Below, piece after piece: positions 49,501 through 61,604 of a stretch of 64,000 bases of DNA (the stretch's first letter is position 1; the number at the start of each line of letters is the position of its first letter). Origin of the DNA: Amphiscolops sp. MND2022 (lineage: Eukaryota); assembly GCA_964187785.1 (NCBI GenBank), contig OZ076409.1, forward strand, positions 99,698,001-99,762,000, read 5' to 3'. A model generated the notes under the pieces. That model was given only the letters and a program-made list of their open reading frames with translations, was not told the origin of the DNA and searched no databases. A program made the position numbers and the translations under genes.

Positions 49501-52500
49501 TGAAAATGTTTGTATTGTTGCACTTTGAATTGTTTGATTAATGTGTTTGTTTTGTTGACATTCAATACAATGGTGAATGAATATCGACATCCATTTATTT
49601 AAAAATGGTAGAAAGTAAAAATGAATAAAAGTTTTTATGGATATTTTAATTCCCGAGTGTCCATGTGCATGAATTTTATTGAAAACTGCATGGAAGTATG
49701 TAAATGATAAACAAATTTTGTCCTTTTGATTTGGGTTTGAATCATGAACGTTAGGGTAATCTATATGAATGATTTTTGTATCATGGTTGATGTACAGTTG
49801 ATTGAAGAATTTGCAGTAAACTGATAGGAAGGAATTACTTGCTATTGTTGGATCTATTTGTAAAGGTCTTTCACTAATCTTTAACCAATGGTAAACATTT
49901 TGTATTACAGGGACTTGGTTTTGTTGAGTTTGTATAGTTTCAATTGTTATTTGAGTGTCTTCTGGTAGGAAGAAATAAAGAAAATATCTTTTATATTTGA
50001 AGAAAGATGGATCAAAAGATTGAATTTGTTGATTACAGTAATCAGATTTAGTGGGGTACTGTATTGCTAGTGTTTGGTCTTTCAATGTGTTTGTGTTTCG
50101 ATTCTTCGTATTTTGTGATTGAGTTAGTTCATCTTCATCACGAAGACAATCAGTGTCATTGAGGATAGTTGATTGTTGTAGGAGTGATTGCTTGATTCTT
50201 TGTAGGTCTCTTGTATTTGGATTCAAGTGGGACAATGGATTGAAAAGAAAATGAATCTAAGGGTTTTATATGAATGTCTTCTCCTTTGTTATTTATACGA
50301 ATGGAAAATTGGTCGTCGCCATAATCAGCAAGAATTGGATGGCAATCATTTTTTTGATCATATTTGATTCCTTCATGTTTTACTAAATAGTGTACAGGTT
50401 TAAATGGTTATCTTTCATGATAGAGAAATCTCTTTGAGGTGGCAATTGTTTGTGTCGTAATTGATGAATTTGAAGTTGTTCTTTTGTGAAGGTTCTAGAA
50501 AGCATGTCTGCTACAGTTAAATTTTTTCCAGGAGTATGAACGATTTTTAGTTTGGAAAATTTTGTTAGTTGCATTTGTGCTCTATAAAATCTTGGGCTAA
50601 GGTTTCCCTTTTTTGCAAAACAGTGTAATAAAGGTTTTTGATCTGTGAAGATCTATATTGGATGGGGGGATCCAATATTGAGAACTTCATATATTTGTAA
50701 TGCATAAACTTTTGCGAGGAGTTCTCTTGGGCTAAGGTTTCTCTTTTTTGCAAAACAGTGTAATAAAAGTTTGTGATCTGTGAAGATGTATATTGGATGG
50801 GGGGATCCAATATTGAGAAATTCATCTATTTGTAATGCATAAACTATTGCGAGGAGTTCTGTGTCTAGTGTTGAAAGTTTTTGTTCTTGTGTAATAAGGA
50901 TTCGTGAATTGTAAGAAATAACTTTCATTTTATTTTCTTCATTCATTTGGAATGGAACTGCGCCTAAACCAACTAAGGAAGCATCAACTGTTATGAAACA
51001 TGGATGTTTTGCATTGGGTATGGGTAGTTCAGTTTCTGCTGTCATTGTGTTTTTATTGTCTTGAAATATTTTCTCTAATTCGGGTGTCCATTTAAATTTA
51101 ACATCACCACGTACTAAGGTATATAATGGTTTGAGGTTTATATGTAATTTTTCAATGAATTTTGAATAAAAGTTTACACTGCCTAAAAATTGCATAATAT
51201 CTTTCTTTTCTTTTGGTGATGGGATTCTTTTGATGGCTTCAATTTTTGATGGGATTGGTTTATTTGTGTTGTTCCCAATTTCATGTCCAAGGAATTTTAC
51301 TTTTAGTAATATATAAAATGATTTTTCAGGTGCAAGTTTGAGATTTTCTTTTGTTGCTATTTTATGGAGTTCTTTGATAAGTTCAAACATCTCTTGTTTT
51401 TCGTCTGCTAATAGTAATATTTCATCAATATATACTAACGCAGAACGTTTGTCTATAAGTGGTCGAAAGAAAGTTGAAATTTGATTTGTGAAAAAAATGG
51501 GAGTCCTTTTAATCCATAGAATCCACGGATAAAGGTGTATGATTTATCTTCGGATGAAAATCCGGTAAGTTTGATTGTTTCTTCGTCTAATGGAGTATGA
51601 GCGTATGCATACATTAAATCAATAGTTGATTTGTATTGTTTGTTAGCTCTAGCTAATTGAGGGGCTAAAGGTTCAATGGGCCAAGATTCAAATTCTTGAT
51701 CAGTGTTTGAATTTGTATGTCTAGCATCTAAAACAACTTTTATTGCGTCTCCTTTGGGAATAATGATTAAAGGGTTTTAAAATGTTGTTCCAATAGTGTG
51801 TTTTTCATCTGGCGTGGAGCCAAGTTGTTTTATTTTGTTATATTTTTCAAGTTCTACTAAGAGTTTATTTAGTCTATCTTTGTAACGAATTGGTACTTTA
51901 GAGGATCTTTGTGTTTGAAGTTTACAATTTTCTTTATTTCTTTTTTTGAATGGAGTAGAAATCTTTCCTACATTGTTTGGATGTTTGGCGTAACAATGTT
52001 GATTGTTAATAGGTATATTGCAGAGGTTTACATATTCATTATCAGTCAAACCTGAATATTCAAAGTTGAACTTTTTTATGAATTGTTGATTTTCTGCAGT
52101 ATATGGTAGTGAAGGAAAATCTTTTCGAATTTTATCTGAGGGTCGAAGATTTCCTATGACAGAAGGAATGAGTATTTGAAGTGTTTTATCATTTACTTCT
52201 ATTTTGTTAATTTTTAGTAAGAGCTGTGGGATTACTCGAGTACAAAAATTCATATCTGTGTTATCATTTTGTCTGATTGGAATGGTAGTATCAGGATGAT
52301 AGGCATGTATTACTGAATGAACAAGCGAGTTTACATAATGAACTCTATAATGAGGAGGTTTCGTTTGAGTAATAGGGATCTCTATATATCCAATAATTCC
52401 TCGTGGTAGTGTAGCTAGGTGAAATATAAAATTTCGAATTACTGTTGAGCAGGAGTCTTTGTTTTTGTCGTTGACTATCATGTCTAAGAAGTGAAAAGTA

Positions 52501-55500
52501 TCTTTAAACTTTTGTAAGAAGTTTGTATACGGGACTGATGGAGAAAATTTAGTATTATTTTCCAGTTCAAAGTGCAAATTAAGCTAGTTTTTAATTGGAA
52601 AGTGTATAGTCTTTCCTAATCTTGGTTTGAAGTGAATGGGCTCTGTACATTTAATAGTATAAATGTATGAGATAAATGGGTGATCCTTTTCTGTAAACGT
52701 TGAGAAATGTGTTTTTGTAGAGAGTTTTAGATGTTGTTCTTTAAAGGTCATAATATTTTGTTGAAAGTCTATATTTTGATTTTGTTTCTTGAAGAAAGGT
52801 GTTCCAAGAATATTATATTTAATATTTGCTACAACAAGTTCGATATTGAAAGATCGATTTTGATGATATACTTCAGTAAAACATGTCATTGAAATATAGT
52901 GTATTATTAGTACTTCAGTTTGATTGGCAACTGTAGGAGTTTTAGCTCTTTTGTTCTCAATATTTTTTGGGACAAGGAGATTTAATTGTTTTGCAATTAG
53001 ATGAAGGATCGGTAAGTTCAAAACTGATATGGAAGCTCCAGTATCTAAGAGGATTAGGATTTCTAATTTTGAAGGTAAAATGTTGTCTTTTCCTTCAGAA
53101 CATATAGTGGATAAAACCAACTATAAGGAGTAATTGTATTTGCGTTTTCAGTTATTTGGCATGTATGAATTTCAAATTTAGTACTATCTTCGTCGTTGGT
53201 AGATGTAACATCTACTTGATGTATTCTATTTTGTTGTCTGTTTTGTGAGGATGTTCTAGATTGTGATCTGTAATCTCTTAGTCTAGACGGAGATCGATAT
53301 GGGTAATTATATCGTCTAAAAGAGTTTCCTTGTGATTGAGAACGAGATCTATATCTTGATCGTGAATTATATCTATAATTCGAGTTGTTTTTGTATGGTG
53401 ATCTATATGGAGATCTGCATGGAGTTCTTCTTCGGTAATAGTTGTCATATCGGGATCTAGATGGGTATGGACTTGAAGATCTATTGTAATATCTTTGTCG
53501 AGATTTAGATCGATAATTATTTTGTGAATAATCTCAACTGTTGCTTCGATATCTGTCGTTATTTCGATATCGGTCCTTATAGTAAGAGTAGTTATTTTGA
53601 TTATATCTATCACGGTCGTTGTCTCTGGAAGAATAATCATTTTTATTTTCATTTTTATTTTCTTGTGAATTACTGGGTTTACTGCGGAAGTATTGTACAA
53701 AGGATTGTTGAGGAGTACTTGATCTCTGATTTTAATATCTTTGATATTCTTCATCACGTTGTTTTTGATAACAATTTGAAAGACCATGATTGTTTTAATG
53801 GCAATAAGATCATTATTTTTAGTAAGCTGGTTTGTGCTTTTGTTATTTGGGTCTCCCGATTGGGTAACCATTAAATGGTCGTGTTCTGATTCTTTGTTGT
53901 TAGTATCATCTTCTATTGATATTTTGTTTATTTCTAAAGCTAGGTCATTTGTTCTTTTTTTTTCATTAGCGATGTCTTCAGAATCAACATGTCGAACAAG
54001 TGTGTGAAAAGGTATTGATGGTTCAAGTAATGTTGATACATGTTTAACTTGTCTTCTCTGAGCAAAATTTTTTACCTTTTAGGTAATTTTATTGTAAAAT
54101 TTTCATTATTTTTGAGATTTGTGGTAGATGCACTTTCATTGCACCATCCCTCTTTAACTAATTGTGGTACTCTGAGGGCAAAATGGCCTACTGTTTCCTT
54201 ATACTTTTTCATGAGTGACATTGCTTCTACTTGTGCGTAATAAGAAGTTTTTTGAGAAGATAATTGCTTTTTACACAGTTGTACAAATGAATTCCATTGT
54301 CGTTTATATGATATATGGAGATAATTGTACCAATCAAGAGCTGTTCCAAATAAAGAACATAATTTATATGCCATGCGTCTACTATGCCATGACCTATATT
54401 TTATAGTATTATTTTGAGTTTCTTCACCTTTGGCAAAGGTTAATCTTGCTTCAACTTGTTGTAAGTTTTCTTCTGGGGTGTATGAATGGTCTAAACCGTC
54501 AAAAGGTTTCATAGGTTCTGGTATTGAAGCTGAAGTATTTATGAATGTATCTTGTTGTATTGGTATATACTGAGGTGGAGAAGCTACAGGTTGTATCATG
54601 TTTACGGGTGGTGAAATTGTAGTGGGGTTTTAAGTTGTATGTTGATTCCTTTGATATAGAGGGTCAGTAAATATATGCGAAAGTGGAGGATTTTGGGATC
54701 TTCTTTGAGGAGGTTGTACAATGTTTGAATAAGATGTTCTTTGCTTTTGTAAAGGAAAATTACTTTGTGAGGAATTTGTTTGTTGTAAATGTGCGTATGG
54801 GTGTTGTGTCCTTAGATTATTATTAGGTTGAGAAATATTTTGAGTATTGTTTGTTTGAATATTTGTATTAGATGGTGGAAAAAACGAATAATTAAATGAA
54901 TCATAATGTTGACTAGAAGCTTGTTGGTTATTATTACGAATATTTTCTGATTGAATTGTTTTATTCGACTGCTGAAAAGCGGAAAAAATTGATGGAGGAT
55001 CATATATAGATCGAGTGGTGTTTCGTGTATTATTAGAGATAGTCCTTGTAGGTGATAAAACATTAACAGAAGTATCACGGTAGAAGTTATTTTCTGAGTT
55101 TCATCTTGTACTACTTCATCCGAATGAGTTGGAAGTTTTAAAGAGATATTACGATGTGAAGACGTATCTAAGTATGATTGTGGATCATGTGTATTTTGTC
55201 TTGGACTAACAACTCTAGTTGGAATTCTAACAAATTGAAAGGTTGTTGATGTCTCAGTTCGTGATGCAATTTGTGCTGAAGTTGTAGATTCCGGGGTAGT
55301 ATACTCACTTGCATTGTTTTCATTCCTGTGGAGTACCATATCTTCATTACGAATTTCATTTTGATTTTCAAATATGTATTCTTCATTATTATTGTCATCT
55401 TCTTCATTGTTATTGTCATTGTTGGTAGATTGGTTTTGTTGTTCTTGAATATTCTGTTCATAACAATACGGTCTATTATCACCATGCAAAATGGTTTTCT

Positions 55501-56749
55501 GTAATTAAACGAGGATCAAAAGATATGAGATCCATGGCTTGTGGTGTTACTTTATCTGGTTTGAAAAAGTAAGGATGTTCATTTTGTTTGTTTATGATGA
55601 ATGGTAAACATTCATCAGCTGTAAAATGATTATGAAATGCTGGGAAAGCAGGTTGATCTTGTTCGGACCATAATAGTTGATAATTGAATCTGAAATATTT
55701 TCTAAGATATAAGGATATCACTTTAGTTTGAGGTATTGTTTGTTCGTTTAGTGTTATATCTTTGAAATAATGATATAGGAAATTTTGTATTCGTAGTATA
55801 TCTGCTTGTAACCAATGATGAGGGTTATTTTGTGTTGTGATTATTCTTTCTATATCTTCTACTTCAAAATTATGTATATATCGTTCAAGTTCTTCAAGTG
55901 CATTTGGGCTAAATTTTGGGTTTTCAAGTGCTAAGTTGTATTCTTTTACTCTATTTAGAAAACATGGAAAACTTCTTTATTGGGAATTTGAAGAATAATT
56001 GTGTTTATTGTTCTTCTATATGTTTGAATAGAGGAGGTTTCTTGGGCGAAAAGTAATTTGGAAGGATGGGTATTCCGTAGAGGCGGTTGTAGAACTATGT
56101 CTAATATAGAAAAGGTATATATCCAGATGTTCTCTAATAAGAGGATTTGTTTCAAGGCTGTGGGTTTCACTTTCAAATGAAAGTGGTTGAGTATAATTGT
56201 AAACAATGTTATGTAGGAATGGTTTTATTTCAGTTTTTACTACTTTTCCCCTTTTAATGTCAAGTATCTCAAAAGGTGAAGGGGAAGATATTGAGGAGTT
56301 CGTGATAGAGATTACTTCTTTTTGTTGTAAGTATCTTTTCCAACAGGATGCAAAATAAAAATAAAACAGAAAATGTATAAGTGGTGATAAGTATTATTGT
56401 GGTAACTTTTCCCCACATTATAGTTATAACGCTAGTTGTAAAAATGATTGTTTCTATTGTGTATATGATAGCGGTCAGAAGGATTTATTAGTATATTCTC
56501 TTTTGTGGTAATATGTATGAAGTTATCTTTTTGTTAGAAGTTTTAAGTTGGTGATCTTGGGTAATTTCGTTGTTGGTCTAAGAGATAGAAAAAGAATTGT
56601 GCGTATTGTTGACTTAATCTTTCAAAGTCTACAGTTGAAGGGTTAGAGATTGTACTGAGTTGATGTATAACTAAATGTGTAGGAATAGGTAGTGAAGGAG
56701 TAGAGAGAGGTAAATTGTCGGAAGTTTGATTATGTGTGTTTGAGTTCAT
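46590..56749 (-). pseudogene. gag-pol: gag-pro-pol polyprotein of element B
   Basis: MKPFDGLDHSYTPEE..QQVEARL, LLDTGAS, RT ALVYIDEIL (YIDD mutated, ~51421-51432), KFLGH, FLGSVNFY, TVDASLVGLGA, ADMLSR, integrase HHCC and DDE motifs. Confidence 0.92.
50590..50859. repeat. 135-bp tandem duplication inside the RNase H of element B
   Basis: tcttgggctaagg...gcgaggagttc at 50590-50724 and 50725-50859; ELLA..YALQI.E.LNIGSPHPI appears twice in the ORF track. Confidence 0.9.
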
Positions 56750-58232
56750 ATATTTTTATAATATGAAATAAATATGAAATTGTTTGAAGTGTTGGTATTG
56801 TTAGGGTTAGAGAAGAAAGAAGCGGATGCAATAGAATATGTAATCAACCTCAAAAGATTGCTAACAGAATCCGAGTCGTGATTTAAGTCTGGAATAAATT
56901 AAAGTGTCTGACATAAGGCCACTGACACATCCAGTAAGAGTTTTATTTTAGAGCTGGACTTCAACTAAGGTGTCTAACATAAGGTTACTGACTCGTCCAG
57001 AAAAGCTAATGAAATTTTAATTTTAAGTGACTTGTGTGTTTTAAGACTAAAGGAGCGGAACTCTGAACAATCAACGTCCACTATCCAAAGTCGGATCAGT
57101 ACTGATCAAGATCAAAATTCGATCTTTTGTGTGTTTTACGTTCACTTTTACTTCCTGAGAATTTCGAAGATTCGAACGTAGTTTGGTGTCCTCTAGATTC
57201 TCCTTAGTGACGTTTAAACTTAACTAAGGTGTTTAGTCAGCCTTAGAATCAAACTACGCAACTTAAAACTAGGTAGGCTCTGATTGTCTAAGTCTTACTG
57301 GAGGGAATAGGAATTGTGTGTGCCTGAAAATATAAAACTACCTTTACAGTTTGTTTTTTATTTGCATGTCTCATTTTAGATATTTAGGGCAAAACAGTTG
57401 TGTTAAAATTCAATGTGTAGCTTTGTTAAAATTGAATGTTTTGTGAGAATAGGTTAAAATTATTGAGTAGATTGGGAATTTTGTCGACAGAAGAATGATA
57501 GCGAGACTTGGTTACTTTTTATGGGTTTCTGATTCTAATTCAGTAGGTAAAGTTAGAGTTTGTTTAACAAAAATTGGATCCAAAACGAAAAAATAGAAAA
57601 TCCATGTTTTCTGCCAACTCGAAGTTGATCTTGAAACGTATGTGCTTATAGGTGAGATGAGTTTAGCGTGCACTCAGTCAACTATTACACCAGAAATCCA
57701 CCTGACGTTCAAGATACCAGGATTTAAGATTTTTTTGCCGTGTCAAAGGTGTTAGTAAACCTTGATAAACCGGACAAAATTGTGTCAACAATCTTCCGGA
57801 TAGCTGTGATAAATCAGTATGGAGAACAGAACTGCGTCACTGTGGATAAATCAGTCTGGAAAGAAGAGCAGAACTGTGTCACTATGGATAATTCACTCTG
57901 AAAATGTACCGTGTCAACGTGTTAGAAAACGTGATAAACCGGCAAGGCAAGAAGAGCAAAAGAAGAACCGTGTCAAAGTTTATTGAAAAACGTGATATAC
58001 TGGATTTGGAGAAAAATTTGTTATATTTCAGATGGAGAAATTTTTTGTCTAACAATGATGTATTTATTGAAGAAATTCAGAAAGTCACAGACTAAATCTT
58101 CCAGGAAATCTAGGAAAATTCCACTGCAATCGAAAAGAATTTCAAAGAGAAGGAGTGATAGGTGTTGTATTGATGAGAGAAGAGAAAGCATTCAGCGGAA
58201 AAAAGAAAAAAATTTTACAAGTTGCACCAAAT

Positions 58233-58507
58233 TGTGCTGCTTTAAGAGTCTTTTATTTTTTGTTGGTGGTCTTGATGGTCTAGATGTTACAGAGCTAAAT
58301 TATCAGAAAGGTGCTAGCTAGCTGGTTGACTATACTAAAGCTAGGAGGTCTGAAAAGAGGAATAGAAGGAAGTCGACTAAACACTGATTATTAGTTTTCT
58401 CTCTCTGAAGGAGTGAAATTTACAGTCATTCAATATTAAATAAATGTACAATCTAGAACATTCTATAAACATCTAAATACTATTGGTTATTAATGTAGGT
58501 CAGTACA
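58233..58507 (-). repeat. 5' LTR of element B
   Basis: tgtgctgc...ggtcagtaca followed by the GGAT TSD. Confidence 0.95.
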
Positions 58508-58664
58508 GGATGCACTGTCAGTTACACATGGCAATAAACTCTGCAATTAGCGTCAGAGTCACCCCTGAGATAAAAAAAAAGTATTATGGGGTCGCTGTGT
58601 TCGGGACATCTGTTAATATTAAGGATACTAGAGAAGAGACAAACGGGTTGCAGACAAAATAGAC

Positions 58665-59178
58665 AACAAGCCGGGAACGGCCCAAGGCGGCGCCATATCT
58701 AAGGCTCAAAAGTAGTAAAAGGACTTCAAGGTGTCAAGTATTCTCTTCTTCTGTACCTGGATGAGGAAAAAAGTCTTCAGAATTTTTTTTTCGAAATTTT
58801 TTGAAGACTCCTGTAAGTCGCATAGTGCCAAAAAATGTAAAAGTGGGGACCAATTAGGATATTTTTGTACATCCATAAAGTTGCAAAATAGAGAAAATTG
58901 AACTAGCACCCTTTGGAGACTGAAAATAATTGCGAAAAAAGTCTCACGAAGCCGAAATAACATGAACGAAAAAATTTCGGTCAAGGGCGAAACTCGAACC
59001 CACGTCCTTGTCCTTGGCAGACCTCAAACAAACTTAATTGATCTCTATGTCACGTGGCAGTAGAAGTAGCAGTTCAGTGTAGCCAGCTTATGAAGCTTAT
59101 AAAATTTGTCACTTTTTTGGTCTTAGAAAAAAGTCACTGCTTTAGTCTGCGTTTTCCACCAAAAGCGCTGACTAAAAA
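58665..59178 (-). mobile_element. HINE/Helentron-like element copy (duplicated at ~61761-62272)
   Basis: aacaagccgggaacggccca..gcggcgccatatctaaggctc and aaaagcgctgactaaaaa form the reverse complement of 7402-7954, including the B-box (ctcgaaccc). Confidence 0.75.
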
Positions 59179-61329
59179 GGATTCTAGGTATGCCTTTGAT
59201 CTTAGGGACACTGGGGACCTATTCCCGTATAATACACTTTTCAATTCTCGTATAAAATGACTGGTTTTTCCTCAAATTTTTACATACCTTGCGTCCAATA
59301 TAAAGCTTTAGGGTCATGTTCCCAGTACATTTTCCAGGACTTTTTCGGATTTTCGAATAATCTTTATTCAACAATGATACTGAATCCACGTCCCCCGGTG
59401 TCGTAACTAGTGAGTTGAGGTATTTTGTCCACTCCGTCCATATCATGGGTGTTTCCCAATGATGGCTCTTCGCCAGAGGTTATTTCCATGTTGGAACAGC
59501 CTAGTCCGGTGTTTGAGTTAGTGAGATTGTCAACCTTCGACGACAGGGTTCCGATCAACCTCAGTATTCCTCGCCGCCCGCGTTCAGTATTATCAAGTCT
59601 CTCAGAGACTTTACTCTCAATTTCATGCTCATGTCCTCAATTTCGTCTCAGACAAAATAGAACTTTCAGTGTAACGCTGGCGCTAAAAAAGAATTGTGCG
59701 TATTGTTGACTTAATCTTTCAAAGTCTACAGTTGAAGGGTTAGAGATTGTACTGAGTTGATGTATAACTAAATGTGTAGGAATAGGTAGTGAAGGAGTAG
59801 AGAGAGGTAAATTGTCGGAAGTTTGATTATGTGTGTTTGAGTTCATATATTTTTATAATATGAAATAAATATGAAATTGTTTGAAGTGTAGGTATTGTTA
59901 GGGTTAGAGAAGAAAGAAGCGGATGCAATAGAATATGTAATCAACCTCAAAAGATTGCTAACAGAATCCGAGTCGTGATTTAAGTCTGGAATAAATTAAA
60001 GTGTCTGACATAAGGCCACTGACACATCCAGTAAGAGTTTTATTTTAGAGCTGGACTTCAACTAAGGTGTCTAACATAAGGTTACTGACTCGTCCAGAAA
60101 AGCTAATGAAATTTTAATTTTAAGTGACTTGTGTGTTTTAAGACTAAAGGAGCGGAACTCTGAACAATCAACGTCCACTATCCAAAGTCGGATCAGTACT
60201 GATCAAGATCAAAATTCGATCTTTTGTGTGTTTTACGTTCACTTTCACTTCCTGAGAATTTCGAAGATTCGAACGTAGTTTGGTGTCCTCTAGATTCTCC
60301 TTAGTGACGTTTAAACTTAACTAAGGTGTTTAGTCAGCCTTAGAATCAAACTACGCAACTTAAAACTAGGTAGGCTCTGATTGTCTAAGTCTTACTGGAG
60401 GGAATAGGAATTGTGTGTGCCTGAAAATATAAAACTACCTTTACAGTTTGTTTTTTATTTGCATGTCTCATTTTAGATATTTAGGGCAAAACAGTTGTGT
60501 TAAAATTCTATGTGTAGCTTTGTTAAAATTGAATGTTTTGTGAGAATAGGTTAAAATTATTGAGTAGATTGGGAATTTTGTCGACAGAAGAATGATAGCG
60601 AGACTTGGTTACTTTTTATGGGTTTCTGATTCTAATTCAGTAGGTAAATTTAGAGTTTGTTTAACAAAAATTGGATCCAAAACGAAAAAATAGAAAATCC
60701 ATGTTTTCTGCCAACTCGAAGTTGATCTTGAAACGTATGTGCTTATAGGTGAGATGAGTTTAGCGTGCACTCAGTCAACTATTACACCAGAAGTCCACCT
60801 GACGTTCAAGATACCAGGATTTAAGAATTTTTTGCCGTGTCAAAGGTGTTAGTAAACCTTGATAAACCGGACAAAATTGTGTCAACAATCTTCCGGATAG
60901 CTGTGATAAATCAGTATGGAGAACAGAACTGCGTCACTGTGGATAAATCAGTCTGGAAAGAAGAGCAGAACTGTGTCACTATGGATAATTCACTCTGAAA
61001 ATGTACCGTGTCAACGTGTTAGAAAACGTGATAAACCGGCAAGGCAAGAAGAGCAAAAGAAGAACCGTGTCAAAGTTTATTGAAAAACGTGATATACTGG
61101 ATTTGGAGAAAAATTTGTTATATTTCAGATGGAGAAATTTTTTGTCTAACAATGATGTATTTATTGAAGAAATTCAGAAAGTCACAGACTAAATCTTCCA
61201 GGAAATCTAGGAAAATTCCACTGCAATCGAAAAGAATTTCAAAGAGAAGGAGTGGTAGGTGTTGTATTGATGAGAGAAGAGAAAGCATTCAGCGGAAAAA
61301 AGAAAAAATTTTTACAAGTTGCACCAAAT

Positions 61330-61604
61330 TGTGCTGCTTTAAGAGTCTTTTATTTTTTGTTAGTGGTCTTGATGGTCTAGATGTTACAGAGCTAAATTAT
61401 CAGAAAGGTGCTAGCTAGCTGGTTGACTATACTAAAGCTAGGAGGTCTGAAAAGAGGAATAGAAGGAAGTCGACTAAACACTGATTATTAGTTTTCTCTC
61501 TCTGAAGGAGTGAAATTTACAGTCATTCAATATTAAATAAATGTACAATCTAGAACATTCTATAAACATCTAAATACTATTGGTTATTAATGTAGGTCAG
61601 TACA
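61330..61604 (-). repeat. Third copy of the element B LTR, created by the tandem duplication
   Basis: Near-identical to 58233-58507, with the same GGAT flank and PBS. Confidence 0.92.

Larger units (their letters stand above)
40088..58507 (-). mobile_element. Element B: second full-length 18.4-kb env-bearing LTR retroelement, sister subfamily of A (decayed)
   Basis: LTRs at 40088-40361 and 58233-58507. GGAT TSD at 40084-40087 and 58508-58511. PBS-like TGGTGCAAC and the same PPT-like tract. Collinear with element A throughout. Confidence 0.95.

Noticed and set aside
19483..58507. Calling the elements true foamy viruses (Retroviridae)
   Set aside because: They have a Gypsy-type RNase H directly after RT, a CCHC knuckle, short LTRs and a non-retroviral env pattern; the similarity is architectural only, pending phylogeny.
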